Shown here: one piece after another, positions 12,300 to 23,007 of the stretch
Numbering within the stretch: the stretch's first letter is position 1
Layout: each line of letters starts with the position of its first letter
DNA from: Stegostoma tigrinum
Lineage: Eukaryota
Assembly: GCF_030684315.1 (NCBI RefSeq)
Contig: NC_081396.1
Location: 4,092,001 to 4,156,000, forward strand
Direction: 5' to 3'
Length of the DNA: 64,000 bases
The notes under the pieces: generated by a model
The model's database searches: none
What the model saw: the letters and a program-made list of their open reading frames with translations, nothing else
Told to the model about the DNA's origin: nothing
Translations under genes and position numbers: made by a program

Positions 12300-13800
12300 C
12301 TCGCACTCTGCCTTGAACCTCCACTGAAATTGATAAACCCCACCCTGTCACATATCCATTCACTCCAGAATGCATAACCTCATTCAGACGGCAATGCCAC
12401 ACATTCCAAGATAATCATTTACCCAGCTGGACATATACTTTCGATTCCTTACAATGAATTCCCCTTCTGCCAATCCGCACACACTGTTCATTTGCATCTG
12501 ACCCTGACAGTACCTGTCCCCCCAGTGGAGACCCAATTCCCCCAGACATGATTTCAAGCCCTCGATCATTTAACCCTCGTCTTACCCAATCAAACTGCGA
12601 ACATTGCATCCCGCCTCTCTTCTCTTCCGTTGTTTACTGCCTGCCGCTTTGCCAAACTGCAAGATTTGCATTGTGCATGATGCCCTTCTGCCATTCCATT
12701 ATTTTGATCACCTAAAAACCACACCGGCCCGCATACTACTGGCTTGTCAAAGAACCAGTCTGGCACTTTAGACACCTACAATATTTTCACAAAAACGAAA
12801 CCTCACTTAACAAGTACCACTCAGCCAAACTGGTTCCTTGTAACCATAATCATTTGCCTTGAATCTAAATTGCCAAGCTGCATGCTTGCCACCCAACACA
12901 TCAAAGCCTACCAACTCACGCTCTTTCCCCTACTGGCTCACCACCTGTGAACTGCAAGCCTCTCCATAATAGGGTCACAGAGTTGTAGAGACATACAATA
13001 TCAAAATCACTAATTGGAGCTTGTGCCTCTAAAGCTGTTGAAGTACTTGCCGAACTGTCTTTTCAATGTTATAACTGCACTAAGTCTAAAAGAATTACAA
13101 GATTAAAAGAAACGTCCAAGGTAAACAACTGCTTTCCATCACTCAAAACCCCAAGTCTCAGTAACATCTCTCAACTATTTTCTGAACACGTGCTTAGTTA
13201 CCAAGATTATTCGTGCAGCAGGACAACAGAAACTGAACGGAATACTCCAAAAGTAGCCTCGCTAATGTCGGGTACAGCCACAATTTGACATGTTGACTCC
13301 TATACTCAACGCTCCAACCAATGAACAAAATTGCGCCAAACGCCTTCATCACCACTCTATCGGTGACACCTCTTTCAAGGAATGATGGTGCTGAACCTTT
13401 CGGTCCCTCTGTTTGACAACACTCCCCAGTGCCCGACAATGAACTGCAGAATTCATGTCCTGGATTGTCTTCTTTGAAATACAATACCACTCATTCATCT
13501 CAGTTAAACTCCATCTGTCCTCCTTATCCTATTGATCCTGCTAATCAAGATCCCGTTGCACTTTTAGAAAATGTTCTTCACTGTCCACTTTATGATGAAT
13601 TTTGTTGAAATCACAAACTTGCTAACTATTCAATGTTTTCAAGTTTCAATACCGAATGTTGATATTTGTTTATATTTTCCTTCATAGCCACTGTTTCATT
13701 CATTCCTTAAACAAGTAATAAACTCCTTGTAAGTATTTCATGTTTTGCCCTCAACCACTTTCTTTTGTAGAAAGTTCCAGAAGTTCACCACGCTCCAGTT
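12300..13800 (-). mobile_element. Decayed CR1/L2 3' fragments in the J-C intron
   Basis: VVMKAFGAILFIGWSVEYRSQHVKLWLYPTLARLLLEYSVQF resembles the CR1 ORF2 C-terminus. Confidence 0.7.
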
Positions 13801-15319
13801 CAACAGTAAACAACTGAGTAAAATTTTATGGAGAGCTGCGAAGCCTGTTGCGCTCAAGATGTAAAATGATCTAATGAATGGTCTAACATTCTTAACAGCT
13901 CAAGAGGCCTTTGTCGGCTTCAAATTAGTATCCTCACATCACCTTTGACAGCACGTCCCAAAACTATCGACGTTAAGGACAAGAGCGCACAAGCAAGTAA
14001 GTGCTTCACTTGAAAGTTTACCTCCAAATCACACTTGATTTCACTTACAACAATTTCTCTGTCCCTTTCTTATTTCAGGGTGCAGCGTTATTGAACTCAC
14101 TTTCTTACAGCGCTGTGGGCGTACTAATGCTACATGAAGTCTCGCAATTCAAGTAGGCTGGTGACTATGAACTTCTCAAGGAGATATAAGCGTTCTGAAG
14201 CTTCCATGTCATTCCAGAGGAACAAATACCCACTGGAAGCATTGAACGATATTTGAGGAACTTGTTGAGTGTCCATTCAGGGACCACGTGCTGAGGAGTT
14301 TCCTTATGTATGGTTTGACGATGTTTTCAATTAATTAACAAAACTGTATCTTCATAATTTAATGGGAATTAAGGTTTCCTCATTTTTAGAATTGTAACCA
14401 TGTCTTACTCTTGACTGGGGGAAGGAAATATAATGTTTAATTAAAACGGTCTGACGAACTTGATTGGGATGTTTGAACTGGAAATTTTCAGAGATTTAAA
14501 GTTGATACTCATGATACTATTTCTTCTGAAACCACGGCTTCAGATTGGGTTACTCACTTTCAATGATTATCTGATTTAAAAATCACTAAACATTCTTAAT
14601 TTATTATAGCACATTTTGTCCATGAACAACTTAAGTTGTTTCACTGACAATTGAGCATGCTTTTCATGAAAGAAAACAAAAACTGAATGCTTTAAGCCTG
14701 GAATAAAACCACAAATTACTGAAGAATCTCAGCAGGTCTGGCAGCTCCTGAGGAGTGAATGCAAAGATAATTTTCCGATCTCAGTCCACCTTGCTTCAGC
14801 AAATTGTTTTCATGTTTCTGGCGTGGGAATTGACATCTATTCAGTCCAGCTTTGATTAAGTTTGCTTGGCTTCTGCTGAAAAGGGATTCTTAGGAGAGAT
14901 AATGGACGAACTGAGGTATAACTAAAGATTAACTGAAAATGTGCCACGATTTGCTGCAAGTGTGAGATTCAGCAGAACCCTCATCCTCCTGAACAGGCAA
15001 ATGCACCTGATCGAGTGTATCATTAATGTGATATAAAATAAAACAAGCTCAACATTGTCAACTCAAATATTCTTTGGGGATGATTCGTAATAGGACTTTT
15101 TTTCATGTTATTGATAGAAGAACAAGACGAAAGCTGCAATTTCTGTGGGGCATCACTGAATTAACCCAACTAGCGTCGCCCACATCCCATGAGCAAATAT
15201 TGTTTTTATTTACAATAAATAGAACCCCCTCAACCCCCACCAAATTCTGTCTGCTATGGAAGAAAGCGATTGATTCAGAACTCTATTTTTGGAATTCCGA
15301 CAACATGCACAGACATTGA

Positions 15320-15323
<4 letters not shown>

Positions 15324-15356
<33 letters not shown>
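15324..15356. repeat. (TC)16 microsatellite
   Basis: Read directly from the sequence. Confidence 0.98.
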
Positions 15357-15360
<4 letters not shown>

Positions 15361-15916
15361 TTTAACCTGTTGAGATATGGTATTATGTACCACTGTAACA
15401 GGTTTGAATTGAACACGGGCCACATACCTCAATGTCAGGGACACGACTGCTGTCGCAAAAGAGGCAGAATTCAATTATCTCGACACTGCACAACACAACG
15501 CAACCCACCTGTTTGACAGTCCATAAACCATGTTAACTAATACCTTCTTTCAGCAACCAGGCATAGTTACAGAGTCTTTTCAAGAATTATTCAAACGCAC
15601 TTTGATAGTCCTCCTGAATTATACAATCATTACAGGAACTACTGTGGAATACAACTAGGAATTCCATGGTGATACATTCAGTGTCATTAGATTTCAATCC
15701 CGGGGACGTCCCATTCCAATACAATCATGGTAGTTGCTGCACCAGATCTGCTATAATCCAAATAAAGTAAAATATTTTGAAGTAAAGTTTGATCTTTACC
15801 ATTCACATGAACAGCCCACGGTAGCCCCTTCAAGAAGAGGAGGCAAATAAACTCTGATTCTACATTTTGCCACGAAACATGTGTCGGAAAGCTGAAGGGG
15901 GAATACAATATACAGC

Positions 15917-17095
15917 ATAATAAAATGTGAGGCTGGATGAACACAGCAGGCCGAGCAGCATCTCAGGAGCACAAAAGCTGACGTTTCGGGCCTAGACCCT
16001 TCATCAGAGAGGGGGATGGGGTGAGGGTTCTGGAATAAATAGGGAGGGGGGGAATCAGACTGAAGATGGAGAGAAAAGAAGATAGGTGGAGAGAGTTTAG
16101 GTGGGGAGGTAGGGAGGGGATAGGTCAGTCCAGGGAAGACGGGCAGGTCAAGGAGGTGGGATGAGGTTAGTAGGTAGATGGGGGTGCGGCTTGGGTTGGG
16201 AGGAAGGGATGGGTGAGAGGACGAACAGGTTAGGGAGGCTGAGACAGTTTGGACTGGTTTTGGGATGCAGTGGGTGGAGGGGAAGAGCTGGACTGGTTGT
16301 GTGGTGCAGTGGGGTAGGGGATGAACTGGGCTGGTTTAGGGATGCGGTGGGGGAAGGGGAGATTTTGAAGCTGGTGAAGTCCACATTGATACCATTAGGC
16401 TGCAGGGTTCCCAAGCAGAATGTGAGTTGCTGTTCCTGCAACCTTCGGGTGGCATCATTGTGGCACGGCAGGAGGCCCATGGTGGAAATGTCATCCAAAG
16501 AATGGGAGGGGGAGTGGAAATGGTTAGCGACTGGGAGGTGCAGTTGTTTGTTGTGAACCGAGCGGAGGTGTTCTGCAAAGCAGTCCCCAAGCCTCCGCTT
16601 GGTTTCCCCAATGTCGAGGGAGCCACACTGGGTACAGTGGATACAGTATACCACATTGGCAGATGTGCAGGTGAACCTCTACTTAATGTGGAATGTCATC
16701 TTGGGACCTGGGATAGGGGTCAGGGAGGAGGTGCTGGGCAAGTGTAGCATTTCCTGTGGTTGCAGGGGAAGGTGTCGGGTGTGGTGGGGTTGGAGGGCAG
16801 TGTGGAGCGAACAAGGGAGTCATGGAGAGAGTGGTCTCTCCGGGAAGCAGACAGGGGTGGGGATGGAAAAATGTCTTGGGTGGTGGGGTCGGTTTGTAGA
16901 TGGCGGAAGTGTCTGAGGATGATGCGTTGTATCTGGAGGTTGTGGGGTGGTGTGTGAGAACGAGGGGGATCCTCTTTGGGCGATTGTGGCAGGGGCGGGG
17001 TGTGAGGGATGTGTTGCGGGAAATACGGGAGACGCGGTCAAGGGCGTTCTCGATCACGGTGGGGGTAAAGCTGCGGTCCTTGAAGAACTTGGACA
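15917..17095 (-). mobile_element. Penelope-like element, 5'-truncated left arm (GIY-YIG endonuclease + 3' pLTR)
   Basis: VYCIHCTQCGSLDIGETKRRLGDCFAEH...LPVANHF...EQQL...LGTLQPNGIN motifs; reverse complement of ~17460-18602. Confidence 0.92.
15978..16009 (-). ncRNA. Minimal hammerhead-ribozyme motif in Penelope pLTR
   Basis: CT-CTGATGA-A-GGGT-CTAG-GCCC-GAAA-CGTC-AG: CUGAUGA and GAAA cores, stem II, palindromic ACGT stem III, GUC cleavage triplet. Stem I is only ~2 bp. Confidence 0.75.
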
Positions 17096-18612
17096 GGCCC
17101 CAACACAGGCCCCAAACCCCACCTCTTCCTCCGGTACATTGATGACTGTATCGGCGCCGCCTCTTGCTCCCTAGAGGAGCTCAAACAGTTCATCCACTTC
17201 ACCAACACCTTCCACCCAAACCTTCAGTTCACCTGGGCCATCTCCAGCACATCTCTCACCTTCCTGGACCTCTCAGTCTCCATCCCAGGCAACCAGCTTG
17301 TATTTGATGTCCATTGCAAGCCCACCGACTCCCACAGCTCCATAGAATACACCTCCTCCCACCCACCCTCCTGCAAAAATTCCATCCCCTATTCCCAATT
17401 CCTCCGCCTCCGCCGCATCTGCTCCCATGATAAGACATTCCATTCCCGCACATCCCAGATGTCCAAGTACTTCAAGGACCGCAACTTGACCGTGTCTCCC
17501 GTATTTCCCGCAACACATCCCTCACACCCCGCCCCCGCCACAACCGCCCAAAGAGGATTCCCCTCGTTCTCACACACCACCCCACCAACCTCCGGATACA
17601 ACGCATCATCCTCCGACACTTCCGCCATCTACAATTCGACCCCACCACCCAAGACATTTTCCATTCCCACCCCTGTCAGCTTTCCGGAGAGACCACTCTC
17701 TTGTTCGCTCCACAATGCCCTCCAACACCACCACACCCGGCAGCTTCCCCTGCAACCGCAGGAAATGCTACACTTGCCCCCACACCTCCTCTCTCACCCC
17801 TATCCCAGGTCCCAAGATGACATTCCACATTAAGCAGAGGTTCACCTGCACATCTGCCAATGTGGTATACTACATCCACTGTACCCGGTGTGGCTCCCTC
17901 TACATTGGGGAAACCAAGCGGAGGCTTGGGGACTGCTTTGCAGAACACCTCTGCTCAGTTCGCAACAAACAACTGCACCTCCCAGTCGCCAACCATTTCC
18001 ACTCCCCCTCCCATTCTTTAGATGACATGTCCATCATGGGCCTCCTGCAGTGCCATAATGATGCCACCCGAAGGTTGCAGGAACAGCAACTCATATTCCG
18101 CTTGGGAACCCTGCAGCCTAATGGTATCAATGTGGTCTGCACCAGCTTCAAAATCTCCACTTCCCCCACCGCATCCCTAAACCAGACCAGTTCGTCCCCT
18201 CACCCCACTGCACCACACAACCAGCCCAGCTCCCAACCTCCACCCACTGCATCCCAAAATCAGTCCAACCTATCTCAGCCTCCCTAACCTGTTCTTCCTC
18301 TCACCCATCCCTTCCTCCCAACCCAAGCCGCACCCCCATCTACCTACTAACCTCATCCCACCTCCTTGACCTGTCCATCTTCCCTGGACTGACCTATCCC
18401 CTCCCTACCTCCCCACCTAAACTCTCTTCACGTATCTTCTTTTCTCTCCATCTTCGGTCCGACTTCCCCTCTCTCCCTATTTATTTCAGAACCCTCACCC
18501 CATCCCCCTCTCTGATGAAGGGTCTAGGCCCGAAACGTCAGCTTTTGTGCTCCTGAGATGCTGCTCGGCCTGCTGTGCTCATCCAGCCTCACATTTTATT
18601 ATCTTGGATTCT
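17096..18612 (+). mobile_element. Penelope-like element, 5'-truncated right arm (RT C-terminus + GIY-YIG + 3' pLTR)
   Basis: From 17105: TGPKPHLFLRYIDDCIG...FHPNLQFTW...LTFLDL...YTSSHP..CKNSIPYSQFLRLRRICS. ORF 17715-18287 has VVYYIHCTRCGSLYIGET. Confidence 0.93.
18510..18541 (+). ncRNA. Minimal hammerhead-ribozyme motif in Penelope pLTR
   Basis: ctCTGATGAagggtctaggcccGAAAcGTCag, identical over 32 nt to the minus-strand copy at 15978-16009. Confidence 0.75.
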
Positions 18613-18731
18613 ACTGCCTCACTCAATCAAAAATCCCCCCAAGGCGGGCACATTATTGCTGGCAATCGATTTCAAACCTCCTGCAGGCTGTCTTTCATTG
18701 CTAAACTGTTCGATCTGATTTTACTGATTTG

Positions 18732-18913
18732 TTCAGGGGTTTCATCTCTGAGACTTCAATGAAATATTATTTTACTGGCAGATAAAAACATCTTTGAAGC
18801 TACAGAAGGAACTTAGCTGTTTCAGGGTATTCATCTCTGAGACTTCAATGAAATATTATTTTACTGGCAGATAAAAACATCTTTGAAGCTACAGAAGGAG
18901 CTTAGCTGTTTCG
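18732..18913. repeat. 89-bp tandem duplication, two near-identical copies
   Basis: ttcatctctgagacttcaatgaaatattattttactggcagataaaaacatctttgaagctacagaagga.cttagctgtttc at 18741 and 18830. Confidence 0.95.
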
Positions 18914-21139
18914 GATGCAGGACATGAACCAGACGAGTTACAACGGTTACGACCACTTGACAAAACAATCAGAAATAACATAGACACAAACTGTACAACG
19001 GTCTTTAACCTCACAGCTAAAGTTTTTCAATCTGTCATGTCAAAAGTTGCAGATTAACTGTTATTTAATTTTCATAAAAGAAACAAGTCAGAGGTTAGCA
19101 TTAATAGAATGGGATCGCTTTCACATTGAACAGAGATTATGTACTACTTCAAAAAAAAACTTTTCAAGTCGTCATGATAAACCAAATTATTGAGGTGAGA
19201 CATTTCACCAATTTAAGCCAAGCTCAAGATAAAATGAATAATTTTCGAAATTAATTTTTCATATTCTTAAAAGAGTTCTTAAAATTTGGAGATTTTGCAC
19301 GCACTGTACAAAACCATTTTGCATGGCATTGCGAAAAACAATTTCTGTCGAATAACTTAATGTAAATATTTACTGTCAGAGTTGCTTTGCAATGGCTAGT
19401 TAGTTTTCTTATGACCTGCTTTGCAGTGAAAGATAAGTTTTAGAATGCATAAATTGAGAATGTGTTTCTCCCGAGAGTTGCCCACTTCACCTGATGTCTA
19501 CATAAATGATAATCACCCTTATCTAATGTGAACAATATCCTTCAAAAGGCTTAAGTTGAAGTATATTTATTAAAGTAAATATTACTCTATTTTATTGTTT
19601 GAAATAATCCATGTGTTCTGACACTTTGTACGTACTGCTTCTGCAAAATTATAAACTGTGCATATGTCTCAATGCATTGATATATAACACATTATCTTCA
19701 TTTGCAGAAAGCATTCACATGATGAGTTCATGCTTGGATAATTTTACTGAATACAAACTCTAACCTTGGTCACATAATACCCGACATCAGTTGTTTCCGA
19801 GAGAGTGATTCTTGAGTTAATGTGACGTTGTAAAATGAAACTCTATTTATTTAAACCACAAGCATTGGGGAAACATAGAACGCTGTGCAGATTAAATCAC
19901 TCAGTTAAAATTTTGTTTTTATTTCCACAAACATATTTAATCAGGGATATAACAATTAATTACTACAAGTTACTTGTGAGAATGATCAATACAGTAAATT
20001 TGATCTGTTCTTCATCGAAGTATTTTGGAAGATTGCTAATTAGCCTTTGTTAATTATCTTTCTCAGCCAGAAATCTTGTTTGTAATATATGACAGATTGA
20101 AAGGTGATTCCTGATCAAGGTTATGGCGTTTTTGCTCTATGTCAAGAACGATTAAAGCATTATATCATTGAAATCCTGTTCATATTTCTCTGTGACTTGT
20201 AATCTATACAAGGAAGAAAATTGCTGTCGAAATAGCTGATTGCATAGCATAAATAAATTAATTTGCAACTATGATGTATCGGTAAATATGCTCCATAGGT
20301 TGTCTGTTCTTCCTTAATTTCCAAAATTTGTCATCTGCCTTTCGACTCATATTTGGCTTTTGGAAATTTCAACACGACTGGTGTTTGCATTCAATGAGTA
20401 AACTGGAGCGTTTAATTTTAGCAACCAATTAAACAATGCTAAAACAACGTAGAAACCAGAAACCGCTTCAGAAATGTTATGACTTTGATACCTCCAAGCA
20501 TGTTTTCTTCTCAATAGATCAAAAATAACCAAATCAAAATCTTGAGGGAGAGTCATGTGTTTGCTGCAGAATTGTTCCACAGGAATTTTCAACAGAACTG
20601 TAACATCAGCAAAGAAATCTCAAATTGGAATCCATCAAAACTGCTCACCACCAAATAAACTAATGATTAAATTATATAGAAATTATAGCCAGAGCAGCAC
20701 CCTTGATTGCAAGGTGACTTATTCAACAACACATTAAGCTGAGCATTTTATTTAAAAGAATATATTTTTAGCAGCAATTCAGTTTATTTGTCACCAGTTT
20801 ACATTTACTGTTCATGTAAATTGTGAGCACTGCGCAGTAGAGAAGTTAGAGTCATATGTCGGTTCATGACTTTAATGTCAAAACAAGATTAGTTCAATGA
20901 ACACAATTACAACATCATAATTTTGCATTATGCTAAATTTATCCTCAGTTTTGAAAGTTGATGAATTGGGCATTTTGAAATGTTCAACGCAAATTGTATT
21001 TGTATGAGGGTAGGCATAACAGACTTTATTTAGTTTACAATTACAATGATTTTTTTCAATAAATCAATGCACTAAAATGTCGTCATTTTTTTTTATTCCA
21101 CGAACCTTCCGTGTGTCTATGGTAAGTCTGTGTTCACAG

Positions 21140-21720
21140 AGATGCAATGGACATAATGATGTCAATCAATCAAGCTGGCCACACGAATTGAAACAAAACA
21201 GAAACGATGCAGGAAAAAAACAAATAAATTGGCAAATATTGGTAATTAAAAGTAATTCAGGTGGACAACCACATCAACATGGAAATAAAGAAAGCATGAA
21301 ACCAATTACAGAAAGCATGAAACCTATTTCAAGCTCAGCTCTATTCAACAAAATTAATGAAAATCCAAACAATTTAATTCAACGGAGTCAAGTGAAACAA
21401 AATTAAATTCAATAAACTTAAAACAACAAATTCAACTGAAAGAGAAAGAGAATCTCATCAAAACAAATCAACAAAATCAAATAAAGAAAATTCAGAATCC
21501 AAACAAGTCAATTCAACAGAATCAAGGAAAACAAATTGAGAATACAATCAGCTGAAGTCAACTGACTGATCAACTCAAATCAACAGACTGAACAATAGCA
21601 GCACAAGAGAATTTCAAGAGAGAATCTAAAGTGGTTATCATCAACAAAAGTAACATATTAAACCAGAAACTACAATCACGACAAGAGCATAATGTGTCGG
21701 TTGAATATATTGAAGAAATT
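21140..21720. repeat. Strand-biased degenerate A/C-rich repeat (aatcaac/aattcaac motifs) 3' of JH
   Basis: Recurrent aatcaa/attcaac/actgaa motifs and a 21-bp-period agaaagcatgaaacc repeat at ~21289-21324. Confidence 0.75.
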
Positions 21721-22132
21721 GGCAATGATACTTTAACATATTTTGTCAATGTGTTTTAAACTCTTTTACGTACTTAACGTTTGTTGTCGATATTAAAAAA
21801 TGCAGATATTGAGTGTCACTGGCATTAATCATTGTTTAAACGTCATACTGTTCACAAGACTTCCCCCCCCCCCAGACCACCAATTAAACAGAGCCAAACA
21901 GTATTGCCATCTGACACAGAAAGAGAGAAGCGTCGAATAACTGAATCTCTCACCAACTCTTTACTTATTTGCTGACACGTAAATGCATCTTATAAATACT
22001 TTGCAGAAAAAAAACAATTTTAAGCAAACTAAGCTCAGCACAGAATCCGAGTTTCATTTGAGTCATGAAATACTCGAATAAATAGACAATTAAAACAAAT
22101 ATAACGGTTACTAATAACATTCAAGTTCTTAC

Positions 22133-22185
22133 CTAAGGCCACAGTCACCCTGCTTCCTTGTCCCCAGTAATCGAATTCAGTATAT
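22133..22185 (-). other. IGHJ: Fused D2-JH segment
   Basis: ATATACTG AA TTC GAT TAC TGG GGA CAA GGA AGC AGG GTG ACT GTG GCC TTA G|gtaag = YTEFDYWGQGSRVTVAL, with the WGxG motif and an intact donor. Preceded by a 12-RSS rather than the 22/23-RSS of an unjoined shark JH. Confidence 0.9.
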
Positions 22186-22213
22186 CACTGTGAGATGCAT
22201 GATATCAAATATA
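22186..22213 (+). promoter_or_regulatory. Recombination signal sequence, 12-bp spacer (5' RSS of D2)
   Basis: Reading away from the coding end: CACTGTG - agatgcatgata (12 nt) - TCAAATATA. It abuts the D2-J segment and faces the 22-RSS. Confidence 0.8.
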
Positions 22214-22527
22214 GTCGTGGACTGTATATTGTGAAATGCAGATACTTATTTGCATTGATCCCCAAAAAGAAAAGAACTGATCCAGGCTCTTCTAATAATG
22301 ACACAGTGCAAAAGTTTAGCTTTCATTTCAAATTGTATATTTAACGGTGCTTGGAATATGATCTAATGTTTAGTGTGCTTTTCATATGTCAATCTACACT
22401 ACGAAAATAAAAGAATTTTACACATGTCCACAACCGAGCTTTACTGGACAGCATTTTCAGTAAGTCTTACATTATTTGTTGCTCCTGTATAGCTCTCATC
22501 GCCAATTTGAACGAAACACTTGTCAAT

Positions 22528-22565
22528 GGTTTCTGAATGACGATGTAGGTATGCACATCAATGTG
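22528..22565 (-). promoter_or_regulatory. Recombination signal sequence, 22-bp spacer
   Basis: CACATTG - atgtgcatacctacatcgtcat (22 nt) - TCAGAAACC (consensus CACAGTG/ACAAAAACC). Confidence 0.88.
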
Positions 22566-22575
22566 ACTCACGTAT
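22566..22575 (-). other. D1 remnant joined directly to VH (ATACGTGAGT)
   Basis: 10 extra nt between the V end (TGT GCA AAA GAC) and the first heptamer. There is no RSS flush with the V end; the following RSS has the 22-bp spacer expected 3' of shark D1. Confidence 0.75.
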
Positions 22576-22880
22576 GTCTTTTGCACAGAAATAGATGGCG
22601 GTGTCTTCGATCTTCAAGTTTTCAATTTCCAATGCAAAGATATTGTTTGAAGTGTCTTTGGATGCAGTAAATCGATCTTTATTCGCTGGCACACAGTAAT
22701 TGCTCGAGGAATCATAATTGGTAACTCACCACTCCAGACCCTGTCCGGGAACTTGGCGGACCCAAGCCATCCATGTTTCGCCAAGATTTAACCCGCTGGT
22801 TTTACAGGTCAGTTTCAGGGAACCTCCAGGTTGGCTGTTTCCTGTCTCTGGTGGAATAAAAGTAACCTCTGACTGGACAC
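22576..22880 (-). pseudogene. IGHV: VH exon with in-frame stop in FR2
   Basis: Acceptor ctttttgaag|GT; [100 protein letters not shown]. Both canonical Cys, the WVRQ motif and DTAIYFC are present. Confidence 0.96.
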
Positions 22881-23007
22881 CTTCAAAAAGGAAATAAAAT
22901 ATCACTAGTTTTGCAAATGAAATGGTTCCTGAATCATTTACATCCCAGTGGGAGACGAACACTTAAATGATTACAAACAGAAACTTGGAGGAAAAAAGAA
23001 AACTCAT

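Noticed and set aside
16161-17628. Many overlapping Gly/Trp- or Pro-rich ORFs
   Set aside because: Alternative and antisense frames of the GC-rich Penelope arms.
15900-18630. DNA transposon with long terminal inverted repeats
   Set aside because: The arms encode Penelope RT and GIY-YIG, with no transposase and no target-site duplication.
22302-22330. Perfect CACAGTG between D1 and D2 as a possible extra D segment RSS
   Set aside because: No nonamer at 12 or 22/23 spacing and no opposing heptamer.
22576-22880. IgNAR, IgW or TCR-delta V identity
   Set aside because: Full CDR2/FR3 and the WVRQ..GQGLEW motif, linked to four mu-type C exons, indicate IgM VH.
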